A DNA stretch of 64,000 nt from Octopus vulgaris. Its lineage: Eukaryota. Under the pieces are notes generated by a model. That model saw nothing but the letters and a program-made list of their open reading frames with translations. It ran no database searches and was not told where the DNA came from. The DNA lies in the NCBI GenBank assembly GCA_951406725.2, contig OX597830.1:76880001-76944000 (forward strand). Reading direction: 5' to 3'. Of the stretch, positions 1 to 14,079 are shown one piece after another; the stretch's first letter is position 1, and each line of letters starts with the position of its first letter. Made by a program: the position numbers and the translations under genes.

Positions 1-264
1 AAAACTATATATAAGAAAGAGAAGCTAAACGGAAATAGAACGAAGTAAAATGGCTGCCATATTCCTTCACCGCAACAATTAACAACAAACAACAAAAATA
101 TATAAACCGTTTGAAGTAGAATGAATAAGAAAGTTAAACAAATAAAAAATAAATATACATACATATATATTTTTATATTACATCATATCATGTATATATA
201 TATATATATATATATAACACACACACATATATATATATATATACATATACATATACATATGTAC

Positions 265-301
<37 letters not shown>

Positions 302-330
302 CTATATCATATTTTATATACGTGTGTGTA

Positions 331-376
<46 letters not shown>

Positions 377-927
377 CACATATGTACATGTATATATATA
401 TGTGTGTATGTGTACTTATATATATATACATATATACAGATACAGCTACACACAGACACACACACACGTAAAAATGTGTAAAATTTATGGTCGGTGAAGC
501 ATAAACGGTAATATGGAACTATGAATATTCCATAAAATATTGGCACGGAATAATATCGATTTCTGGCAACGATACAAGACCATACGTGATGGCTACACGC
601 TTCCAATCGATTTTATTGACATCGTTATTTTCTCTGGTATTTATTTCATTTCAATCACCCATGAAAGGATAAAAGGCGAAAATGACTGTAAGCTGGATTC
701 GAAATCAGAACTTAACGATAAAGAGCCGTAGCTAATTACCGCAGAGAAGTATATTCTTGCCGCTCTACAACTTTTGGCAAAACCACTGTCTGTTCTTGAA
801 TGGACATTAAGAAAGAAGTTTGATTTGTCAGGAGATAAAAGAACAGTTGATAACAGATATCTCCCCCCATCTTTCTCTCTCTCTCTCTCCCTCTTTCACA
901 CGCACAAGCAAATACATACATACATAC

Positions 928-1149
928 TATTTCTTTACTACCCACAAGGGGCTAAACACAGAGGGGGACGAACAAGGACAGAGAAACAGATTAAGTCGAT
1001 TATATCGACCCCAGTGCGTAACTGGTACTTATTTAATCGACCCCGAAAGGATGAAAGGCAAAGTCGACCTCGGCGGAATTTGAACTCAGGACGTAGCGAC
1101 AGACGAAATGCTGCTGAGCATTTCGCCCGGCATGCTAACGTTTCTGCCA
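928..1149 (-). mobile_element. SINE family A copy (tRNA-derived), 5' head partly lost
   Basis: Reverse complement of the recurring GGCAGAAACGTTAGCA...GAGTTCAAATTCCGCCGAGGTCGACTTTGCC...TTAGCCCCTTGTGGGTAGTAAAGAAA sequence; contains a B-box-like GAGTTCAAATTCC. Confidence 0.85.
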
Positions 1150-1556
1150 GATACATACATACATACATACATACATACATACATACATACATACATACAT
1201 ACATACATACATACATACATACATACATACGTACGTACGTACAGGTCGGTCACGACGACGAAGGTTGCAGCTGATCCAATCAACGGAACGAACATGCTCG
1301 TGAAATTAACGTGCAAGTGGTTGAGCATTCCACAGACACTTGTACCCTTAACGTAGTTCTCGGAGGCCTCCTAATTCCTGCATAATATTGCAATTGTTTC
1401 ATTGATACTTAACCAAAAGAATTATTCTTGGAAGAATATTTTAAAATATACGATACCATGCACCGCAACAGTATTATTGTAGGTATACAGGAAAATGTTA
1501 AATCTCCAGTTATTTGTAGAAACCGATTATGTGTGTGAGAGAGAGTGAGTGTGTGT

Positions 1557-1599
<43 letters not shown>

Positions 1600-1614
1600 G
1601 GGAGAGTGTGTGTG

Positions 1615-1775
1615 TTTGTGGCTGTGTGGCAAGAAGGTTCTTTCCTGACTATATGGTTCCTGGTTCAGTCCCTCTGCGTGGCACTGTGGTTAAATATCTT
1701 CTACTATAGCCTCGGGTCGACCAATGTTTTGTGACTGGATTTGCCAGGCGGAAACTAAAAGAAGCCCGCCGTTCA
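1615..1775 (+). mobile_element. SINE family B, 5' part
   Basis: GTGGCTGTGTGGCAAGAAG...GGTTCAGTCCC...CTTCTACTATAGCCTCGGGTCGACC matches the other family B copies. Confidence 0.75.
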
Positions 1776-1890
1776 TATATATATATAGTTAATCCAAACA
1801 TGAAAACACAAAGAGAAAACACAACAACGCGAGGACGTGGAACAAGTATAGTATTATTTGACACTCAGGAAAGGAAAGAAAGAAGGAGGA

Positions 1891-1925
1891 TTTAATGTTT
1901 CGAGTGGAGCTCCTCGTCAGAAACA
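1891..1925 (-). ncRNA. Minimal hammerhead-like motif in a TA-flanked element (~1790-2000)
   Basis: Minus strand UUU-CUGACGA-G-GAG-CUCCA-CUC-GAAAC-AUU-AAA: CUGANGA core, 3-bp helix II, GAAA, degenerate helix III. Confidence 0.45.
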
Positions 1926-2009
1926 TGGGAAAAGGAAAGATCCAAGGAAGGGAAGACGGAGGAAAAAAATCGCCGACGATACACACGCGGTCACATTTTG
2001 AATACACAC

Positions 2010-2051
<42 letters not shown>

Positions 2052-3202
2052 GTAATTATGTATGTATGTATAAACATATATATGAAAATGTTAAATAATT
2101 ATAACCAAGAACTGGCTAATTTCAATTTAAAAGAAATAAATTGCTGCACTGCTACTCCGTAGCACTACCGAGTAAGTATTTGCATGTACACAGATACAAA
2201 GTGTACGCAATACATGTTGTAGAATTTACTTCTTCTTTGGAATTTTATTCCTTCGTATCTTCAGGTTACACGCGTTTGTACAATCGTTCAGATGACAGAA
2301 ATATTGAACTCTGTCTCCTGAACGAAGACAAAAATTGAAGAAACTCTGAGTAGGACACGAGTCAATTGATCGGTTTCCAGAGGTCATGTGTGTGTGTGTG
2401 TGTGTGGTGTTTTATCCTTCACCATCATTGCACTGCGGCCATGTGATTACATCGACGCCTGAGCTTACATTTGTATGCCTGGTATTCATCCTACCGGTTT
2501 ATTTCACTCAATCGCTAATATCTGGAGTCGTAAAAAAGCCAGCACCAGTTGTGAGGCGTTGAGGCTGAACGAACGAACATCCACATAAATATATAAATAT
2601 GACGGGCTTTCTGTCTTTACATTCTGAGTTCAAATTCCGCCGAGGTCGACTTTACCTTCCAAATTCACACAGCACTACAGAAGAAGACACCGCCTACCCA
2701 AAGAGCCATGCAGTGGGACTGAACCCGAATCCGTGCGGTTGGTACTTCCAACACAAAGATACAGTGAAGGCTCAGAGTAGCACACAAGTGATTAATCGAC
2801 TTCATACACAAGAATTCATACACAGGTATGTCTATGTGTATACAAAGTAAGAGAGTATGAGGGCAGTCAGTGAGAGAGAGAGAAGAGAGAGAGAGATTTA
2901 TTCTCATCTGTTATATAGTAATGTAGTTAAATTTCTGAAATTTTTCTGAAATTTCCTTACATTATAAGAGTGGAATCACGATTAAATAATGACAAGATAA
3001 ATCTATTTTCTTATGTATTTAATGATCTATTTTATAGATCTCCATACATGCATTTCGATTTTACTGAAATCACTTCGGTAGCGCTATTCCTTCTTTCTTT
3101 CTTTTTTAAATATATTAATATTAAAAGGGAGATTTAAAGTTGAATTATACGTGTATGGGTGAGTGCATATATATGATATTTAATTCTATATACATACATA
3201 CA

Positions 3203-3238
<36 letters not shown>

Positions 3239-3245
3239 CATATAT

Positions 3246-3294
<49 letters not shown>

Positions 3295-3356
3295 AGTATA
3301 TGTATTTATATATACATATATATATATATGTATATATATATGTATATACATATATG

Positions 3357-3390
<34 letters not shown>

Positions 3391-3394
3391 CAAA

Positions 3395-3586
<192 letters not shown>

Positions 3587-3837
3587 CAATGAATGAAAAT
3601 GTATGACACGATGAAGAGGTAAAAATTAAACAAACACACAGTCTTTTGGGTTAACGCTCAGGAAATGGGAGAAAAAAAAATAGAAGGAAATATCTTTAAC
3701 GTTTCGCATATTCATTCTTCTTCTGAAAGGTAGGATTGACAAGAAGGAAAAAAATACTGAGAAAGGAAATGGAGGAACAGAACGTACGTGTACAGAACCG
3801 TAACGCATGCTGATATGATGGAGAAAGAGAGAGGATG

Positions 3838-3869
<32 letters not shown>

Positions 3870-4133
3870 AAGACAAGGACAAAATGGCGTAGAAAAAAAG
3901 GCACGAAAAGCAACGTAACTGATATTTAAATAATGGAATAAATTGATTTAAATATCGATGGTGTTTTATCTGCGTTAAACTTTTCTATGTGTATGTATTA
4001 TAACCTAATCACTAGAATGTATATATATGTATGTATATATATATGAATGTATGTATGTATGTATGTATGTATGTGTGTATGCATGCATGTGTGTATGTAT
4101 GTATGTATGTATGTATGTATGTATGTATGTATG

Positions 4134-4167
<34 letters not shown>

Positions 4168-4390
4168 TGTATGTATGTATGTATGTGTGAGTAAGTATGT
4201 ATGTGTGTGTGAGTATGTATATCTATACACGAACAGAAGCACTCACGCAGATGCGTATACACACAAATGCACAAACACGTACATTTCTATAATATTTTAT
4301 GACTAAGCTCTAAAATAACCGGTTATTTATTGTGCATGTTACAGCTCATTAAAACAGTTTATATACATACATATATAGATATAGATATGC

Positions 4391-4469
<79 letters not shown>

Positions 4470-4477
4470 GTCGATCA

Positions 4478-4892
4478 GGCGGCGAGCTGGCAGAAACGTT
4501 AGCACGACGGGCGAACTGCCAAGCGGTATTTCGTCTGTCGTTACGTTGTGAGTTCAAATTCCGCTGAGGTCGACTTTGCCTTTCATCCTTTCGGGATCGA
4601 TTAATTAAGTACCAGTTACGCACTGGGGTCGATGTAATCGACTTAATACCTATGTCTGTCCTTGGTTGTCCTCTCTGTGTTTAGCCCCTTGAGGGTAATA
4701 AAGAAATAGGTATTTCGTCTGTCTTTATGTTCTGCGCTCAAATTCTGCCGAGGTCGACTTTACCTTTCATCCTTTCTTGGTTGATAAATTAAGTACCAGT
4801 TACGCACTGGGGTCGATGTAATCGACTTAATCCCTTTGTCTGTCCTTGTTTGTCCCCTCTATGTTGAGCCCCTTGTGGGCAATAAAGAAATA
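4478..4892 (+). mobile_element. SINE family A with tandemly duplicated body
   Basis: AGGCGGCGAGCTGGCAGAAACG head; the TATTTCGTC...AAAGAAATA body occurs twice (from ~4528 and ~4711). Confidence 0.85.
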
Positions 4893-4986
4893 AGATAGAT
4901 AGGTCGATAGACAGCCAGACAGACGGACAGACAGATTGATAGATAAACATATACGTATATACGTACATATGCATATACATATTCAT

Positions 4987-5036
<50 letters not shown>

Positions 5037-5148
5037 ATTAGAGAAGCATGTTTATATAATTATACATGTATATTCGTGTCTATATACATGCGTAAATATA
5101 TGTGTGTGTTTACACACAATCACACACACACACATGTTATATATATAT

Positions 5149-5215
<67 letters not shown>

Positions 5216-5368
5216 AGAAGAAGGAAAGAATTTCCTTTGGTCTGCTGGACAGAACACCGACTCCAAGGGGTTTCTAAGAATTTCAGCTTTGACCACTTCA
5301 GTGTCACTGAGTGTGCGGTGGCGGGGAGGCAGGCCTTAAATTACACCTCCTTTTATCTGGGGTTTAAG

Positions 5369-5496
<128 letters not shown>

Positions 5497-5716
5497 AGGG
5501 GAATGTACTGGAAATTTCCTGGCTTTGGGCAAAAGAAAATAGAGGAGGATCAGTTAATTATGATATGATTTTATTCAACAAATTCCCCTGTCAAATTCAC
5601 ACACTCATTGTAGCAGTTTTTCCTTCAGTTTTCTAAGCCCTGTAAAAGAACTCGTATGGTTGGGCCTCCGATTAGGCCTTTCGTGATACTCTTCAAGCCA
5701 GGAACCTTTTCAGAGT
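5497..5716. mobile_element. Mariner-like MITE (decayed)
   Basis: Same internal sequence (GATCAGTTAATTATGAT...CTAAGCCCTGTAAAAGAACTCG...GGAACCTTTTCAG) as the copies at 27697-28135. Confidence 0.55.
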
Positions 5717-6034
5717 ATATATATACGTTCAAATACATATATACTAAGGATGTTTTTATGTGAAGTTACATATAAAAACTATAATGATAAAAGTCCGGTA
5801 TCATTCAATATATTGTAGTAGAGCACATATTTATGTTTTAGAAGGAAACGATTGATCTTGACATCGAAGTTTCGATTTACAATTTAATGTTGTTTTGTAA
5901 GTTAAAACTTAGGTATCGCTGTTAGTCTCTTCTTTCTAAAACTTTATATAAATAAATGTGTGTGTGTGATTGTGTGTGTGTATGATTACAACGTGTGTGA
6001 GTGTCCTTTATATATATATATATATATATATATC

Positions 6035-6408
6035 TTTCTCTCTCTTTTATTAGTTTCAGTCATTTGACTGCGGCCATGCTGGAGCACCGCCTTTAGTCGA
6101 GCAAATCGACCCCGGGACCTATTCTTTGTAAGCCCAGTACTTATTCTATCGGTCCCTTTTGCCGAACCGCTAAGTGACGGGGACGTAAACACACCAGCAT
6201 CGGTTGTCAAGCAATGCTAGGGGAACAAACACAGACACACAAACATATGCACACACATGCATATATATATATATACACATATATACGACAGGCTTCTTTC
6301 AGTTTCCGTCACAAGGCATTGGTCGGCCCAAGATGCCACGCAGTGGGACTGAACCCGGAACCATGTGGTTGGTAAGCAAGCTACTTACCACACAGCCACT
6401 CCTGCGCC

Positions 6409-6410
<2 letters not shown>
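6035..6410 (-). mobile_element. SINE family B, near full length
   Basis: Minus strand AGGCGCAGGAGTGGCTGTGTGGTAAG head, central TA/CA tract, and ...CCAGCATGGCCGCAGTCAAATGACTGAAAC tail. Confidence 0.85.
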
Positions 6411-6448
<38 letters not shown>

Positions 6449-6794
6449 TACATACATATATATATATATACACACATGTGTGTATCTGTGTGTGTATAGG
6501 CATGTTTGTACGTACATATGTTTATATGTCTGTCTGTGTTTAATCATATTTCTTACAAGACAAGATCTATATATTTTGTGAAATTAAAAAAATTGTGAAA
6601 TTAAAAAAAAAATCATTGAAGTAATGATGGGATTAATCCTTATTTTATATACTTAATGATCCGTTTCATATATATATATGCATACGAATGTATCGATTTT
6701 TGAAATCACTTCAGCAAACGTTAGTCTCTGATGTTTAAAGGGAAATTGAAGAAAAAAGTATTATCATAAACTTACCTGGACATACATACTCACT

Positions 6795-6826
<32 letters not shown>

Positions 6827-6837
6827 CACATACGCAC

Positions 6838-6926
<89 letters not shown>

Positions 6927-7109
6927 CGGGCTCAGGCATGGCTGAGTGTTTAAGAAGTGTATTTCGCACACATTTTGTTTCCCACTGCGTGACATTTTGG
7001 GTAGGCTTTTTTTTTTTTACCACGGGCTAAACAACATCGTGAGTGGTTTTCATCGAGGAAAACTCCATGATATACAGATATTTATAAGTATATATATATG
7101 TGCATACAC

Positions 7110-7920
7110 ATTATCATATAGCTGCTGCCCCAATATGAAAAACATGATTACACGAAAGCAACACCAACACACTCTCAGATGCAATTGTCGAAAGCCAGAA
7201 ATCTGTCCACTCGACTAGGAATGTATGATTAAATCCGTCATATACGAGGCAGAAGTTACAGCAACGCTAGATGATAACACAACAGATAAGAAGAGCTATA
7301 TCGGGTTATGTGAAGGCAACTTCAAAAATCGCTATACTAACTACATATCTTCCTTCCGACACAGGAACAAAGGTAAAGCTGCTAATTTGGCTAGCAACAT
7401 ATGGTATTTGATGTCGAACGCCACACCACATACGAAAAAGAGGAAAATAGTCGAAAAATCCATACCATATGTTAAATGATCAAAAAATGTAAGGTATGCA
7501 AAACTGAAAGAAATCAAATGATAGTCAGATGTAAAAAATTCTACCACATTGCTGAATTCTAGATCCAAAATTTTCAGCAGTTGTAAATATACGGCTTAAG
7601 TTTCTGTAAATTGGGAAGACCACTCTCTCCGGATTGAGTTGCTCGACTGCGTGTTCCTGGCCGCTATCTTTTCAGCCTTATATTTTACGGCCAAAGGGTA
7701 AATAATTTTAATTCTCGCCTTTTGTTTCTTTCTGTTTTCTTTTTCGTTTTCTGGTTTTCCAAACTTCTGCCTTTTTATGCCTATTTCTTTCTCACTCTTT
7801 CTTTCATCCTATTGTCCTAGTGCTAGCTTGTTTTGCCATGTGAGTATAGTACTTGAAGATTGTGCTAAGACACAATCGCATGAAACTAATAGTAGCACAT
7901 AAAGACATATATTGTGTTTA
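7110..7920 (+). mobile_element. Penelope-like element 3' fragment: degenerate GIY-YIG endonuclease plus 3' non-coding region
   Basis: LSYSCCPNM...CNCRKPEICPL...VIYEAEV...YIGLCEGNFKNRY..Y.SSFRH...IWYL matches the Cys-rich linker plus GIY-YIG pattern of PLEs; in-frame stops are present. Confidence 0.85.
7848..7898 (+). ncRNA. Degenerate hammerhead motif at the PLE 3' end
   Basis: UUGAAGA-UUGUG-cuaaga-CACAA...GAAAC-UAAUA-GUA; PLEs are known to carry hammerheads in their terminal repeats. Confidence 0.45.
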
Positions 7921-7985
7921 TTAAATAATATTCATCTCTCACCAGATGGAGTACTTTTTGTTGATCCTACCATTACGGAAGAATA

Positions 7986-8078
<93 letters not shown>

Positions 8079-8201
8079 AACAGCATATATATAGAGACGT
8101 AAAATAGATATAGGGTAAAGAATTATTAATTTAATAATTAATAATTTTACCAAATAGTTCGGTAAAAACTTATACAAAATTTTTTTTTTATAATTATAAA
8201 C

Positions 8202-8453
8202 ATAATTAAGTGATCAGCAAAAGTTGCTTCACCACATAGCGAAATTTAGAAATAGCAGTCAAACTCGTATCAGTAATATTCGTAACTCACATAGGTAAAA
8301 ATAACGAAAGAAACCAGTTTCGTTATTTTTTCTTCTTTTTACCTATGTGAGTTACGAGTCTGGAGATATAATGTAGTAAAAGAATTAGTAGTTTGACTGC
8401 TATTTCTAAATTTCGGTATGTGGTGAAGCAACTTTTGCTGATCCCCTAATTAT
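8202..8453. repeat. ~250-bp nested foldback (palindromic) element, MITE-like
   Basis: Outer arms 8212-8265/8390-8443 (one mismatch seen); inner arms 8280-8301/8336-8357. Confidence 0.85.
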
Positions 8454-8465
8454 ATGTGTGTGTAT

Positions 8466-8866
8466 ATGTGGCTGTGTGGTAAGTAGCTTGCTAACCAGCC
8501 ACATGGTTCCGGGTTCAGTCCCACTGCGTGGCACCTTGGGCAAGTGTCTTCTGCTATAGCCCCGGGCCGACCAATGCCTTGTGAGTGGATTTGGTAGATG
8601 GAAACTGAAAGAAGCCCGTCGTATATATGTATATATATGTATATGTGTGTATGTGTTTGTGTGTCTGTGTTTGTCCCCCTAGCATTGCTTGACAACCGAT
8701 GCTGGTGTGTTTACGTCCCCATCACTTAGCGGTTCGGCAAAAGAGACCGATAGAATAAGCACTGGGCTTACAAAGAATAAGTCCCGGGGTCGATTTGCTC
8801 GACTAAAGGCGGTGCTCCAGCATGGCCGCAGTCAAAATGACTGAAACAAGTAAAAGAGTAAAGAGT
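8466..8866 (+). mobile_element. SINE family B
   Basis: Full body ending in an (AAGAGTA)n-like tail. Confidence 0.85.
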
Positions 8867-9773
8867 ATACGATAGGATTCTTTCAGTTTCTGCCCGAGAA
8901 ATCCACTCACAAGGCTTTGGTCACCCAGGTCATATTAGAAGATGCGTTTGCCCCAGTTACCCCACCGGGCGACTGAAACCGGGATTATCTAATTAAGAAG
9001 GAAATTTCTTACCGCAAAGCCACGCCTATATTGATTTTTATATAACTGAAATAAATATAAAAAACCACAAGCCTTGTATACTTAACAATATCTGAACTTC
9101 AACCACTAAATATACCACGATATGAGATTTAAATAAGATATTAATATGCTAACTATAAATTCATGAATATGGCTAATGAGAAATATTAATTAACAGATAT
9201 GATTTTGTAGGTAGTCATTCTACGCAAATGTTTATCCATATGCAATGGTAGTAATTAAGTGTCTGTATGATTCACTCTCTTCGCAAACTCCATCTTTTTA
9301 TATATATTTTTCCTCATTCTTTTCTGAGTTCCAGTGACCGCTGACATCTTTCTGTCACGGTATTCCTCGAATACATACACACAGTCATACATACTAAGGA
9401 GCATAGATACATGCACACACACACACACACGCATACTAATATACATACATACATACAACAATGCGTACAAACATACAAAATACACACAATCACAGCTATC
9501 TGGATATACAGCAGTTTTCAAATTGATTTAATTTACATTAATTTAAATTAATTACGTTTTTCAATTACATGATTATTGTAATTAATTTTGTTTATTGCTA
9601 TGAAACAGCTGTTGAGAGCAATTAAACTGTAATCTGAATATGAAGTTTATGATTTTTTAAACTTTTATTCTTAATACATAAATATATGGTTATTGGTGCT
9701 GGCGTGTCTGTGTAATAAAAAGCTTGCTTCCCAATCACATAGATTGTTGACGAATTGAGAACATGGGGACCAT

Positions 9774-9980
9774 GTGGAGGCGCGTGGCTTAGTCGTTAAG
9801 TTCCTGGACTTGTGATCGTAGGATTGTGGTTTCGATTCCTGGACAGGGCGACGCGTTGTGTTCTTGAGCAAAATATTTCATTCCACGTTGCTCCAGTCCA
9901 CTCAGTTGGCAAAAAGGAATAATCCTGCGACGAAGCAGTGTTCTGTCCAGATAGGTAATATATACGCCATAGAAACCGTC
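9774..9980 (+). mobile_element. SINE family C (tRNA-like head), decayed
   Basis: GGAGGCGCGTGGCTTAGTCGTTAAG...GGTTTCGATTCC (A/B boxes) followed by GTGTTCTTGAGCAA. Confidence 0.65.
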
Positions 9981-10476
9981 CCTTATGTGTAACTTTACCG
10001 TTACTTATGGTGGACCGTGGTAGATGGCGTACTCGCGTGGAATCACTGAAGCGAGCAGGAGGACGGGCAAACTAGCTATGTGCAACTTTGTGTTTGTATT
10101 TGTCCCATACACTGCTTGAGAACCGGTATTGGTTAGTTTACCTCCTCGTAACTTATTGGTTCGACAGAAAGAGACCGATGGAATAAGTACCAAACTTAAA
10201 AAATAAGTACTAGTATCGATTTATTCCTCTGAACCCTTCACCGTAGTGCCCCATTATGGCCAAACATCATTGAAGGTAACAAATAAAAGATAAAAGATGT
10301 ATAAATACGTATGCGAGTGTTATTTTATTTTTTTAATTGTTTCAGTCATTTGACTGCGGCCATTCTGGAGCACCGCCTTAAAGGGTTTTTAGTCGTAAGA
10401 ATCGACCCCAAGATTTATGCTTTGTAGTCATTCTTTTGCCGAACCACTTAGTTACGGGGGCATAACCACACCAGCA

Positions 10477-10752
10477 GGGCTAGACACAGAAGGGACAAAA
10501 TACAAAGTAGAGCTTTTCTTTTGGGGAACAAAAGAAGTGGAAAAAAAGGGGAGGGGTGAATTCCGATCAAAAGGAATCGTGAAAAAAGGGTGGGGTTCCA
10601 ATCAAAAGGGATCGTAAAAAAAAAGTGGGGCCGATCAATAGGGATCGTGTATCACAGAAATGTCAATGTACAAAGGGAAAACAGATTAGGTTTGTCCGTG
10701 GATAGAAAAGCCTACGGAAAAAGACCACGGGAACCTTGGGCAATAGTGTCAT
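10477..10752 (-). mobile_element. Probable LINE 3' UTR fragment with three ~33-bp tandem units
   Basis: Units CCGATCAAAAGG(G/A)ATCGT-A(n)-G(n) at ~10563-10650; the minus-strand end TTGTCCCTTCTGTGTCTAGCCC resembles the SINE A tail. Confidence 0.45.
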
Positions 10753-11242
10753 GCAAAAAGAAAACACATTTCATTAAGTGGGTCTCTTTTTCCTTTCATT
10801 TTTCTTTTTTTTTTTTTTGTCAAGTCCCATAATTTGAATGTAGATACCAAAAACAATGTCAAACCTCAGAATAGTCTAGAATAGTTTTACTGTTCCGCTT
10901 ACTATGTTTGTATCTATATATGTATCTATGTATGTATGCATGTATGTATATATGCATGTATGTCATGTATGTATGTATGTATGTATGTATGTATGTATGT
11001 ATGTATGTATGTATGTATGTATGTATGTATGTATGTATGTATGTATGAGTGTGTATGTATGTATGTATGTATGTATGTATGTATGTATGTATATGCATTT
11101 ATGTATATCGGTAGGTATGTGTGTATGAGTGTGTAGATATATATATATATATAGAGAGAGAGAGACATATATATTTGCATATATGTATGAATATATATAC
11201 ACACACACTGACACACACGCACTCATATGTACATCTACACAC

Positions 11243-11282
<40 letters not shown>

Positions 11283-11562
11283 TTGTTTGCAAGTATATTT
11301 GTATTTTTTCGTATATTACCTGGATGTTAATTCATAGGTTTATTTATTTATCCATTCGAGCTATTTATCTCGTTTGCTAAGTGCATTAATTACAATTCAG
11401 AACACCTGTTTCTTTTCATTTATGCATTTTTAATACTTTTTTTTTTATTCTTCATTAATTTCCTTGCATTTAGGTACCTGCACGCGCCTGTACGAAGAAA
11501 AATGTCGCTTAAGACAACATGACAAATGCTTAGAATACTTTTACCATGATGTATCATACCTT

Positions 11563-11765
11563 AAGGCGGCGAGTTGGTAAAATTGTTAGCACGCCGGGCG
11601 AAATACTTAGCAGCATTTCGCCCGCCTTGACATTCTGAGCTCAAATTCTGCCGAGGTCGACTTTGCCTTTCATCCTTTCGGAGTCGATAAATCAAGTATC
11701 AGTTACGTACGGGGGTCGATCTGATCGATTAGGCCCCCTCCCACCGAAATTTCAGGCCTTGTGCT
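11563..11765 (+). mobile_element. SINE family A (short-tail variant)
   Basis: AAGGCGGCGAGTTGG head through ...TTTCAGGCCTTGTGC. Confidence 0.8.
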
Positions 11766-12306
11766 TATAACTTGAAGTAATATTAAAGTCCAATTACAAT
11801 TATAGCCGGCTATTGCCAGTAAAGGTTTTAGCTGTCAATTCTGTCCAAGACATTGTAAATCTTTAACTGGGCTAAAAAGTCACATTCGATCACAGCGCCG
11901 TTAACAGTTAAACCTCGTGTAATGACCATACTCGATAACGAGGGGGCAGCTATTATGTATTTATGTATGCATATCTATGTATACTATTGAATGACGGAGA
12001 ACAGAGTTAACGACATAAAGTTCATTAGCTTAGAGGTGTTTCTGTGACCAGAAGCTGTGCACTCGGAGCTGAATGACTGTACATCTTGCAGCTTATTCCA
12101 AACTATGGAAAAGAAGTTTATGTCTATTTCGGTAATCTTTTAAAGATATACACACATATTCACATCATGTAAGTAAATATATATTCTCTGTGTGGTTTGT
12201 TACTAAGCCTTATAAACGAAATTAACACGATACATACATATACACATACGGATATTTGTGCTTATGTTTGAAAGTGTGTATCGTGTATGTATGTTATACG
12301 TACATG

Positions 12307-12351
<45 letters not shown>

Positions 12352-12518
12352 CAAGACTCGCACACGCACAAAACCGCATTCGCACACACAAACATCTATA
12401 GACAAACACAAGTGTATTATCTCCTTTCGTTTAACCCGTGCTTACTTATTTGACAGATTTACAGTACCCCCAGAAAATGCTAGGTCAAATAAATAAATAA
12501 ATAAACAGAATGGAAAAA

Positions 12519-12550
<32 letters not shown>

Positions 12551-12773
12551 AAAAAAGGAAAGAAAGGAAGATAGACAGAAAAGCCCTCGTGAAAGATGTT
12601 TTAACCAGAGAAGAAGCTAAGCTGCATGATAAATAGTAGGTTTTACGATCTGCTAACGTAATAGGTAATCGGTGAACCTTCACCGGCGTGTCAAGATGTA
12701 CAGAGAGCAGACTTTGAACTTGGAAATTGAATAAAGAAATGCACAAGAAATGAAAGGGTGTGTTAGTAATTGT

Positions 12774-12804
<31 letters not shown>

Positions 12805-12950
12805 CGTGTGTGTGTGTGTATTGGTGTATATACGTATGTATATATGATTGTGAATAATATCTCTATTCAATTCATTTATTGATTATGTAAATGTGAATGA
12901 GTGTATTTGCAAATATATATATATACATGTATATAATTATATGTATAATG

Positions 12951-12989
<39 letters not shown>

Positions 12990-12992
<3 letters not shown>

Positions 12993-13791
12993 ATATATAA
13001 ACGGCAGTTTGTCTGTATGTGTGTCTGTGTGTCTGTCAGGTTGTACCCTCACCCTGACCACGGCTTTCAACCGATTCTGATGAAACTTGACACACACATA
13101 GCCCAATGTCATAATTCAAAACTAACGCAGCGAAAATTTTGAAAATTCCCCCAGTTCTGAAAAAAATCGATACATTCGACATGGGTCGAGAATCCAAGCT
13201 TTTTATATGCAACACATTTTCTACAGACTGTCTAGGGGACGCAACTCGACCTTTTTAACTCTTGGAACATGTGGGGTAAGTATCCCAAAATGTATAAAAA
13301 TGTACAAAAACGGCAAAAAAGCGTGCAGCAATGTGAGTGACAACAACGAAAAAGTCAAAAGTGACCAAACTGAACAAACGAATGGAAAAGGTTTTTTTGG
13401 TGCAGACGACAAAAGCGCTTTATAATAAACCAAGAGTTTGCAAGTAGCGTCCGAGGACCCTTAGGGTACGTCAAAAATTTAAGGTAAAACGTTTGGGGTG
13501 GTAGTTATAAAGGAAGTGTAAACAAAAAAAGTATTCAAATAACTTGCAGCTGCAGCAGCTATTAGCAGAAGTGGCAGTGTTGGGGGTAAAGTCTCGAATG
13601 TAATTTCTTCCTGGTAGGAATTGGTTGGGTTGAATTATCGATAGCTGTTTGATAGTTATTTGGGAGTGAAGAGAAGACATTGCAACCTACACATGCGCCT
13701 TCGATCCCTAGGGGGAAAGGACTAGATTGGGATTAGTCGTTGCCTACTAGGGGCTCTTACATACCCGGGCCACGCTGGGCTATGCTGCTAG
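12990..13791 (+). mobile_element. Non-autonomous Helitron-like element
   Basis: Starts TC(TATATATAAACGGC) with a GTCT/GT tract near the 5' end; ends with a subterminal GC-rich hairpin-like CCCGGGCCACGCTGGG and CTAG; lies between A and T. Confidence 0.7.
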
Positions 13792-13818
13792 TGTATAAAT
13801 AAATATATATATATATAT

Positions 13819-13869
<51 letters not shown>

Positions 13870-13970
13870 TAATTTTAATCCAAACGGGAAACAAAAAAAA
13901 CAACAATGGAACAATTACAGTATTATTATTAATAGGCGCTCATACATATATATATATATATATGTATATG

Positions 13971-14019
<49 letters not shown>

Positions 14020-14079
14020 CATATGTGTGTGTGTGTGTGTGATATACATGACGTATACATATAAATCATACATATCTTT

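Noticed and set aside
121-606. YI/CV/HT-rich ORFs here and throughout the window
   Set aside because: They are translations of (TA)n, (CA)n and (TACA)n microsatellites, which lack stop codons.
10563-10650. Short spaced repeats resembling CRISPR
   Set aside because: Eukaryotic context, no unique spacers and no cas genes.
11474-11560. Possible plus-strand exon GTCTRLYEEKCRL...
   Set aside because: Has an acceptor but no convincing donor, and runs into a SINE.
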